The translations under genes and the position numbers were made by a program. Shown piece after piece: positions 57,437 through 64,000 of a stretch of DNA of 64,000 bases. Each line of letters starts with the position of its first letter. Positions within the stretch are counted from its first letter, which is position 1. The notes under the pieces are model-generated. The model was not told the origin of the DNA and did no database searches. It worked only from the letters and a program-made list of their open reading frames with translations. The DNA comes from a virus, in the IMG/VR virus record IMGVR_UViG_3300032799_000664, positions 32,001 to 96,000 of that record. The stretch is one strand, 5' to 3'.

Positions 57437-58276
57437 ATGCAGACTGAAGACCGTACCTGCGAGCAATACTTCCAAGAAGTCGGCCGCACCCAGATGCCCC
57501 GCAACGCTGAGGAGGAGCGGCTCCTCTTCGAACGCTACTTGAGCTCACAAGACGCGGAAGCACGGCGGCGCTTAGTCGAAGGCGGACTCCGGTTCGTCAT
57601 CAAGACGGCGCGGCAGTACTGCCACGGTGACGCCGAGTTCTTGAAGACGCTCATCCAGGCCGGCAACATCGGTTTGCTGATTGCGGTCGATCGCTACCGG
57701 CCCTGGGTGATCCGCTGCCATCACTGCGGCAAACAGTGCTACGTCGCCGCACCACAGAGTCAGCGTTGCACCGGCTGTGGCCAAGCGCTCCGTGCCAGCG
57801 AAGCGCAGCACTACACGACGCGTTTCCTCACCTACGCCGCGTGGTGGATCTCAGAGTCCATTCGGACTGAACTCTACAGCGCCAGCACGGTCTACGTGCC
57901 GCCCTACAAACAGAAGGCTCACCACCGCGCACGCCAAGCGGGACAAGAAGCCGGTTTCGTCTACGTCCCCTACGACGTCAGCGATGACCACACCCGGGCC
58001 GTAGCGGCCCAGGAAGACGATGAAGCCATCGTCACGAACAACGACGCCCGCCAACTCATCTACGCGCAGCTGTGCAGCTTGCCCGACCGGCAAGCCTTCG
58101 TCCTCATCGCCTACTTCGGTCTGCGGGAGGACGCCAAGACGCTGCGCGAGATTTCGCGGCGCCTTGGCGTATCCTCGGAACGAGTACGGCAGATCAAGGT
58201 GAAAGCGCTGGAAGACTTGCGGGATCGACTGGAGCAGCGGCGACTCCACGCCACCGACGACGCGTTGCTGAACTAG
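57437..58276 (+). CDS. RpoD/RpoH-like sigma factor with Zn-ribbon insertion
   Basis: LVEGGLRFVIKTARQY, LIQAGNIGLLIAVDRY, RFLTYAAWWI, TLREISRRLGVSSERVRQIKVKAL. Confidence 0.9.
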   Translation: MQTEDRTCEQYFQEVGRTQMPRNAEEERLLFERYLSSQDAEARRRLVEGGLRFVIKTARQYCHGDAEFLKTLIQAGNIGLLIAVDRYRPWVIRCHHCGKQCYVAAPQSQRCTGCGQALRASEAQHYTTRFLTYAAWWISESIRTELYSASTVYVPPYKQKAHHRARQAGQEAGFVYVPYDVSDDHTRAVAAQEDDEAIVTNNDARQLIYAQLCSLPDRQAFVLIAYFGLREDAKTLREISRRLGVSSERVRQIKVKALEDLRDRLEQRRLHATDDALLN

Positions 58277-59367
58277 AACTCGTCGCGGAAGCCGGCCATC
58301 CACTCGAGCGTCGAAGTGACGCCCTTGAGGTACTGCCGCCGCTCTTCGGACTGGGCGCGGTCGTAGCGCTCGTAGGCCAACTCGAGGCCTTCGCGCACTT
58401 CGCGGCTGCCCTTGACCTCGATCTTCTTGATGCCGCGCAGCCGCTCGAGCGCCTTGTCGAGACCCTGACGAACGACGTTGGGTGCCTCGTTGGAATCCGC
58501 CGCCGCCGGCCGGCCCAGCGGTTTGCCGCTCTTCGCCTGCCGCCGCTCGTGCCGTGACTTCTCCGCCGTCCGCGCGATGTCCTTGCGGTCCACCTCGCCC
58601 TTGAGGAAAGCGTGGAACTTCTCCAGCTGCTTCTTCGGATCGGTGATGTCGAGCAGCTCGCGCGCATCGGTGAACTTGAGCTTGCCCTGGCGGAGCGCCT
58701 CCTGGATGGGCGCGGGCAGGTTGAGCAGGTCGAGCCGTTGGCTGATGTAGCCCTCGGTCACGTGCCAGCGCTGCGCCAGCACCTTGCCATTGATGACAGT
58801 GTCGACGCGCTCACCGGGGAAGCGCACGCTCTTGCCGAGGAGACTCTTGATGACCTCCGCCTCTTCCATCGGGTTGAGCCGCTCCGCCTGCCGGTTCTCA
58901 TCGGCCCGCACGAAGAGGATGGTCGTCTCGTCGTTGTTGAAGACCTTCACGGGCACCGTTGCGAGACCACCCAGCTTGGCCGCACGGAGCCGGCGTTCAC
59001 CAGCGATCAGATGGTACTTCCCGTCCATGGTCTTGTACACCGACAGCGGGTTGATGATACCGATGTGCTTGAGGCTGCCCGACAGTGACGCCAGGCGCTC
59101 GCGGTTGAAGTCCTGCCGTGGGTTTCGACCCCCATCGACGACGATGTCGCCGACTTTCACCTGGATCTGCGTACCGATCTCGGAGGTGTCGAGCTTCTGG
59201 GTCAGCGGCTTCTTCTCCTCGGGCTTCTTCTCCTCGGGCTTCTTGGGCTCCGGCTTCTTGTTGTCAGACTTGGCTTCGGACTTGCCGTTGCCGCCGACGG
59301 TGGCGCCATCCGGCATCTCGATGGAGATGGTCTTCCTGGGAGCATCGGGCTTTTCGGTCGTTGGCAT
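58273..59367 (-). CDS. parB: ParB/Spo0J-family DNA-binding protein
   Basis: NPRQDF, GIINPL.V, LIAGERRLRAA, ENRQ..RLNPMEEA, HTH ...YISQRLDLLNLP. Confidence 0.88.
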   Translation of the reverse strand: MPTTEKPDAPRKTISIEMPDGATVGGNGKSEAKSDNKKPEPKKPEEKKPEEKKPLTQKLDTSEIGTQIQVKVGDIVVDGGRNPRQDFNRERLASLSGSLKHIGIINPLSVYKTMDGKYHLIAGERRLRAAKLGGLATVPVKVFNNDETTILFVRADENRQAERLNPMEEAEVIKSLLGKSVRFPGERVDTVINGKVLAQRWHVTEGYISQRLDLLNLPAPIQEALRQGKLKFTDARELLDITDPKKQLEKFHAFLKGEVDRKDIARTAEKSRHERRQAKSGKPLGRPAAADSNEAPNVVRQGLDKALERLRGIKKIEVKGSREVREGLELAYERYDRAQSEERRQYLKGVTSTLEWMAGFRDEF

Positions 59368-59428
59368 ATCGAGTCTCCTTGTTAGGGGTGCTGCGCACTG
59401 TAACGCAAACAAAAGGGCGCAGGCAACC

Positions 59429-59785
59429 TCAACTCGCCGATTGCTGAACTGGGGGTGTGGTGGGTTCTGTGACCGGGGGTACGACCCGGAGATCCGGCGG
59501 ACCTTCCGTCGGTGGGGCCGGCGTTTCTGCGGCAGCAACCGGGGACAACTGATGCTGGATCTCCGTCGACGTCCGCTGCAGAGCCGCCAGCAAGTTGGCC
59601 ACCACGGCCAACCCCTTCAGCTGCGGCACCGCCGCGGACACGCCGGTCACCAGCGCCGTGCCAATGCCGAAGAGGGACACCAACCGATCACGATCGAGAT
59701 GCCAGCGCGGCTTGGTCATCCGCGCCAAAGCTACTGAGAAGTTGTGGACAGCATCGAGGATGCGCTCGAAGCGCGTCATGGACAT
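59429..59785 (-). CDS. small membrane-associated hypothetical protein
   Basis: hydrophobic LVSLFGIGTALVTGVSAAV segment; GAGGAGG RBS. Confidence 0.55.
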   Translation of the reverse strand: MSMTRFERILDAVHNFSVALARMTKPRWHLDRDRLVSLFGIGTALVTGVSAAVPQLKGLAVVANLLAALQRTSTEIQHQLSPVAAAETPAPPTEGPPDLRVVPPVTEPTTPPVQQSAS

Positions 59786-59841
59786 GCCGACCTCCTCGAA
59801 GGCGGTTAGGGGTGGGGAACTTGATGAGCGAAAGAAAAGAG

Positions 59842-60099
59842 TCAGCCTTCTCGCAGAAAGGCTTCAACCCGGGCGAGATCGATGTACTTCAACCCGGTGC
59901 GGCGCAGCGGCTTGCCCTCTAGCACGTCACCGATGAGGAAGAAGAACTCGGTGGCGATCTCCTGCACGTCGACGTCCAGCCGGTTGTAGCAGCAGGCGTG
60001 CACCGCGTTGATGAGCCGATAGCGTTGAATCAGCTCGTGGGTGAGCTTGTCGGGTAACCGCTCACGCGGCGTCCGACTACGGGACCGGACTCGCGCCAT
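59842..60099 (-). CDS. hypothetical protein
   Basis: MARVRSRSR..., 85 aa, abuts upstream stop. Confidence 0.55.
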   Translation of the reverse strand: MARVRSRSRTPRERLPDKLTHELIQRYRLINAVHACCYNRLDVDVQEIATEFFFLIGDVLEGKPLRRTGLKYIDLARVEAFLREG

Positions 60100-60100
60100 G

Positions 60101-60540
60101 TCAGTCCAACGGGCGAACGGTGCCGGGTTCGAAGGGTGCCGTGCCATGCGTCGGGCACTTGGGCACGTTGACGTCCTCACTGGGGACAAGCTTCTCCCCG
60201 CACCAGGGGCAGGCGCCCCACTCCCGGGCCGCGGTGACCCGCGCCGGATCCTCGTCGACGCCTAGCTTCTCCATGGGCTCCGCCTCCGTACTGAAGAACA
60301 GTTCACGTTGCCGACTTGGGGCACGTCCCAGTAGATGATACCGGAAGACACCCCGGCTGGCGTCTTCGCAAGTGCACAGGATGCGCCAGCCCAGATCGCG
60401 CAGGTCGGAGATCCGTGAGGTGTACTTCAGTGCGATGCAGGCCAGTTCGGCATTGGTGACGCCGAGACCCGCCCGATGCTGCAACAGCCACAGGATCTTC
60501 CGGCACTGCGCGTCGGTGCGTCGCCCGATGGCCGCCGCTA
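60101..60540 (-). CDS. winged-HTH domain in frame with a small Zn-ribbon peptide (start uncertain; internal ATG at 60274)
   Basis: AQCRKILWLL...TNAEL...YTSRISDLRDLGWRI...YHL pattern; CPWC...CPTH. Confidence 0.5.
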
Positions 60541-60942
60541 CTTCTTCGGAGCCGCCTTGGGCTTGTCGCCAGCCCGATGCGTCGTCGCCGCGGGAGTCTC
60601 GCTCGACGTCGTCCCCTCGTGGGACGTCTCCGCCGGCGTGCGCGTCTTCCGCGGCGCACGTTTGGAAGGGTCGATGTCCCGGAAGGCGGCGTCGAGCGTG
60701 TGCTCGATGGTCGCCTTGCAGTTGGCATCGCAGACGTGGTTGGTAGTGCGGATGGTGCCCTTGAAGATGACGATGAGGTCGGGCAACGCCTGGACGCTGC
60801 TCTCGATCATCTTCTTGAGGTTGTCGAAGTTCGCCTGACGCTGCTGCTCCGCGGCCTGCAGCGGTTCGACGTCCGTGTGCTCGATCTCCTTGGGGGCCTC
60901 CCGCTTGCAGCGGTCGCACCGGTCCGTGATGATGACCTTCAT
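60538..60942 (-). CDS. hypothetical protein with Cys motifs
   Basis: MKVIITDRCDRC...; AAGGAG RBS. Confidence 0.65.
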   Translation of the reverse strand: MKVIITDRCDRCKREAPKEIEHTDVEPLQAAEQQRQANFDNLKKMIESSVQALPDLIVIFKGTIRTTNHVCDANCKATIEHTLDAAFRDIDPSKRAPRKTRTPAETSHEGTTSSETPAATTHRAGDKPKAAPKK

Positions 60943-60972
60943 GTGGTGGTCTCCTTCCTGCTGGTGTGGTGC

Positions 60973-60987
60973 CTTTACCTGGTAAAG
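60973..60987. promoter_or_regulatory. palindrome CTTTAC-CTG-GTAAAG (site 8)
   Basis: perfect match, intergenic, 30 bp upstream of the 60942 start. Confidence 0.7.
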
Positions 60988-61203
60988 CTACTCGATGGCC
61001 CGACAGTTAGGACAGAACAACCGTGGTCGTCCGTCACCGTCGTAAATCATGTTCTCCTGCGTCGCGACGTCCCACGCAAAGCGCCAACCACATTGGCACA
61101 CCGCTTCACCGAAGCCACCCTCATCGAGGATGAGGCGCAGCAGTGAGGGTCGCTGATGCAACTCACGGGTATACGACACCGAGATGTACGGTGCTAGCAG
61201 CAT
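60988..61203 (-). CDS. small Zn-ribbon hypothetical protein
   Basis: CQCG...CPNC. Confidence 0.5.
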   Translation of the reverse strand: MLLAPYISVSYTRELHQRPSLLRLILDEGGFGEAVCQCGWRFAWDVATQENMIYDGDGRPRLFCPNCRAIE

Positions 61204-61228
61204 GTAGAGCAGGTTCTCATACCACAGA

Positions 61229-61957
61229 TCAGCCGCGCTGTGTGCGTGCCGCTTCGATGAACTCGTTCATGTAGGGCAAGCAGCGGATGTGCGCGCAGAT
61301 GCCGTCGGCTCCGGACCACTCCAGCATGCGATGGTCGTGGCGATCGTAGTACATCTTGAGCGCCGACTCGTAGTTGAAGACGTAGCCGGCCCGCTGCAGG
61401 TAGCTCTCCGGCAGCTGCAGCTTCATGTGCCGCAGCAGCGGCACCCCTTCGTAGACCTTGCTGGTGCGCTCGTCGACGTACGCGTGCTTGCCGCGGTAGC
61501 ACACGCCCATGTCGTTGAGCTTGAAGAGCACGCTCGGCTCGATGTCCTCGTCGGCGAAATCCGACGGCACCAGTTCACGACTGCCGAGCTTGTGCATCGT
61601 CGAACAGGAGTTGCGCACCGTGGCGATCTTGTACGTATCGAGCTCCTGCCAGATGGCCCGGGGAATGGTGATGGTCCACCAGATGCCGATCTCCCGCAGG
61701 AACTTGCGGTGCGCGCCGCCACCCTTGATGAGCCCGAGCGCCAACCGCAGGTCGTCGGGGCCGAGGAACGGCAGCTCCGGCACGCGCATGTCAGGCGGCC
61801 AGGGGCGTGCGCCGGGGTCCATACGGCTGATCGGCGAGTCGTCGTAGAAGCGCGAATCGCTCTTGTCCCAGCTCTCCTTCGGGTTGCGCATGTCCGTCAG
61901 CGCTGGCTCGAACCCGAAGACCTTGACGTTGGTGATGCTCATGCCGGTCTCGCTCAT
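61229..61957 (-). CDS. ThyX-like (flavin-dependent thymidylate synthase-related) protein
   Basis: AHRKFLR, PRAIWQELDTY, NSCSTMH, LPESY, R..HR..EW. Confidence 0.6.
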   Translation of the reverse strand: MSETGMSITNVKVFGFEPALTDMRNPKESWDKSDSRFYDDSPISRMDPGARPWPPDMRVPELPFLGPDDLRLALGLIKGGGAHRKFLREIGIWWTITIPRAIWQELDTYKIATVRNSCSTMHKLGSRELVPSDFADEDIEPSVLFKLNDMGVCYRGKHAYVDERTSKVYEGVPLLRHMKLQLPESYLQRAGYVFNYESALKMYYDRHDHRMLEWSGADGICAHIRCLPYMNEFIEAARTQRG

Positions 61958-62922
61958 CGCTTCCTCCCGCGGCAGAGGTGCCAGAAGCCGCACCACTTCT
62001 CGCTGCACACCCAGGCTGATGGGTCACACGGCGGGAAGACGCCGGCGCTGATGGCCTCGGCGACGCCCCGCACGATCTCCTCCAGCCAAAGGTAGTCCTG
62101 CGGCGTTCGCACAGCGCTGATGCGCTTGAGCGTCGGGGTCTTCTGCCGTAGCAGCTGATCAAAGCGAACCGCCGGAATCTTCTCGGCGTAGGAGTAGAGC
62201 GTCAGCTGCAGCGAACCATCGACGTCACCCTGCGAGAAGCTCTTGGCTTTGGTCTTGAAGTCGACGATGACCGTGCGCATCGCCTCGGGGATGGTCACAC
62301 CCTTCTGGCGCATGATGACAACTTCGCTGGGCGAAGCGACGATGGTAGGATCATTCGTGTCGATCAGATCGACGAACCCGATGACCGGCACCCCAGCGAT
62401 GAGAATGCCGAACTGCTTCTCGATGCCGCGCACTTCACCGTTCATCGTCTTGATGACCTGCGGCCGAACCAGCGGCGCAAACTTGAGGTTGTACAGGCAT
62501 ACGAGCGCCAAGCCAGCGTCCTTTACCGCACCGGGCGTAGACGCATCCTTCTCCCATTCTTCTTTGGGAACTTCCGACACGGCCTTGTCGAAAGAATCGG
62601 AGAAGGCTGCGGTGACCATCGACTCAGGCGCGGGAACGCCAGTATCGACGATAGCGTGATGGGTCGTCTCTAGCGCCTTGTGCGTACCCTTGCCCAAGGT
62701 GAGCGCGACGCCCGGTGGTCGGATGGTGTCCTTGATGTAGCGGAAGTAGTACTGGCGCGGACAGCGCAAGTACATGTCGATCTGCGTGGCGGAAAGCGCC
62801 TTCTTGGGGAGGTGCAGCGGCTTCGGCAACGCCGCGGCTGCCTTGGTGAAGGAATCGAGCTGGGCCAACATCTCTGGCGTCGGCTCGAAATCTTCGATGA
62901 GAGGATTCGTAGAATCGGCCAT
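61954..62922 (-). CDS. PD-(D/E)XK nuclease (RecB/Cas4-like)
   Basis: LSATQI..YLRCPRQY, GKGTH..LE, GFVDL, VDFKT, QLTLY, C-terminal C...WCGFW..C. Confidence 0.85.
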   Translation of the reverse strand: MADSTNPLIEDFEPTPEMLAQLDSFTKAAAALPKPLHLPKKALSATQIDMYLRCPRQYYFRYIKDTIRPPGVALTLGKGTHKALETTHHAIVDTGVPAPESMVTAAFSDSFDKAVSEVPKEEWEKDASTPGAVKDAGLALVCLYNLKFAPLVRPQVIKTMNGEVRGIEKQFGILIAGVPVIGFVDLIDTNDPTIVASPSEVVIMRQKGVTIPEAMRTVIVDFKTKAKSFSQGDVDGSLQLTLYSYAEKIPAVRFDQLLRQKTPTLKRISAVRTPQDYLWLEEIVRGVAEAISAGVFPPCDPSAWVCSEKWCGFWHLCRGRKR

Positions 62923-62943
62923 GGTACTCCTCTTGTACCAGCA

Positions 62944-63417
62944 TCACCGCCGTGGTTTGCCCGGCGGGGGTCGCTGGCTACGTTCGCGTTCCAGTTGCGC
63001 TTCCAACTGACGACTAGCCGCGACCAGACTGGACATGCCTTCCGCTTCGCCACGCGACTTGCTGCTTCGCGCGTGGCTCTCCGTCTCTCCCGGCGGGTCC
63101 AGCGATTCGCCCAGAGCCGGATCGAGTGGTGGCACCGGCGTCAAGGCAGTGATGTTCGGCGAAGGTTGTGCCGCGGGCGGTGGATCGTACACCCCCGCTG
63201 GCGCCAGCACCGGTCCCTGACCCAGACGCACGCCGCACTGCGGGCAGTGATCGGGCAGGTCAGTCGACTCGCATTCGATGTGCGCCTCGAATTCGCCTGG
63301 GTGACCCTTGCGCGGCTTGAAGATGATCGGCGTCGCAGGCTTGACCCCACGCATGGCCAGCAACTTCGTGGCGTATTCGATGATGTCGGTGTGTCGCAAG
63401 ATGAGGATGTGGTCCAT
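62944..63417 (-). CDS. hypothetical protein
   Basis: MDHILILRH..., AAGGAG RBS, CPQC, Pro-rich. Confidence 0.6.
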   Translation of the reverse strand: MDHILILRHTDIIEYATKLLAMRGVKPATPIIFKPRKGHPGEFEAHIECESTDLPDHCPQCGVRLGQGPVLAPAGVYDPPPAAQPSPNITALTPVPPLDPALGESLDPPGETESHARSSKSRGEAEGMSSLVAASRQLEAQLERERSQRPPPGKPRR

Positions 63418-63431
63418 GGTGAGTCTCCTTC

Positions 63432-64000
63432 TCAGGTGAGCGGTGACGCTTTCGCTATCGGACGCGCCAACCCCCGAGGGTAGACGCACTCGTCGTCGAA
63501 CGGCATGATGTCGCGCACCAGACACGATGTTGCGTGCTCACAGGCTGGGCAGGTGATGGCTGCGATGAGCGCCTCCGAGACGTCATGCTTGGTACGCAGT
63601 GCTCGGAGTACGGCCTCGTCGATGGTGCCCGCAGCGATCAAGCGGAAGATGGTCGTGTCGCGCTCTTGCCCCAGGCGGTGATTGCGGTCCTTCGACTGCT
63701 CGTAGTCGCCCAGCTTCCAGGGCAACGTGTAGTAGACCATGTAGTTGGCGGCGTTCAGCGTGATGCCGACGCCGGTTGAGACCTGACCGAGGTAGACCCG
63801 ACACGTCAGGTCAGTGTTGAACTTCTCGGCCAGCGCTGCTGTGCCCCCACCGGTACTGCCATCGACGCGAACGTGACCGAGGTGTTGGTCGTTCAGGAGT
63901 TTCTCAATCAGGTCGAGCTCGGCCGCGTATTGCCCCCAGATGATGACCTTGTTAGTGGAATCTTCGAGAATCTCCTCGAGAAGTTCCCGCAGTGCGTCGA
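63432..64000 (-). CDS. SNF2-family helicase, C-terminal part (truncated at window edge)
   Basis: KVIIWGQY, VRVDGST, STGVGITLNAA, YEQSKDRNHRLGQ, GTIDE. Confidence 0.85.
   Translation of the reverse strand, partial: DALRELLEEILEDSTNKVIIWGQYAAELDLIEKLLNDQHLGHVRVDGSTGGGTAALAEKFNTDLTCRVYLGQVSTGVGITLNAANYMVYYTLPWKLGDYEQSKDRNHRLGQERDTTIFRLIAAGTIDEAVLRALRTKHDVSEALIAAITCPACEHATSCLVRDIMPFDDECVYPRGLARPIAKASPLT

Noticed and set aside
59200-59260. Short tandem repeat encoding KKPE units in ParB
   Set aside because: Low-complexity linker repeat with no evidence of a separate function
55414-62922. Cas4 genes of a CRISPR-Cas system
   Set aside because: No cas1/cas2 or array; stand-alone PD-(D/E)XK nucleases are common in phage replication regions
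1-64000. Alternative genetic code (stop-codon reassignment)
   Set aside because: Conserved genes are full length in the standard code and TAG, TGA and TAA all occur at sensible gene ends

Overview
This window is an internal 64-kb segment of a large, GC-rich (roughly 60-65% by eye) tailed bacteriophage, probably a jumbo or large myovirus; capsid, portal and sheath genes were not recognised here. Minus-strand blocks carry replication, repair and nucleotide genes: RNase HII, DinG helicase, UDG, class II RNR, RuvC-like resolvase, a family A DNA polymerase with an N-terminal UDG-like domain, a primase-helicase, an SSB-like protein, two PD-(D/E)XK nucleases, ParB, a ThyX-like protein and an SNF2 helicase, plus a lysis-like cassette and a MoxR AAA/VWA pair. 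Plus-strand blocks carry virion genes (tail chaperone with a probable -1 frameshift, tape measure, baseplate, tail fibres), an intein-containing GpA-like terminase and two sigma factors. The main discovery is a retron-type reverse transcriptase (37501-38634) with no room for an adjacent ncRNA. About 8.4 kb away, in the only long intergenic gap (46994-47798), is a tandem array of four different retron-like msr/msd units on the same strand. Each unit has its own a1/a2 inverted repeat, an unpaired G next to the stem, a conserved 7-bp/3-nt-loop hairpin, a conserved CTWCGWT cDNA start and a variable msd that folds better as DNA. This suggests one phage RT making several different msDNAs. A second signal is the palindrome CTTTAC-N3-GTAAAG, found 8 times across the window, once inside an msd. 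All calls come from manual motif reading; no database searches or folding programs were run.
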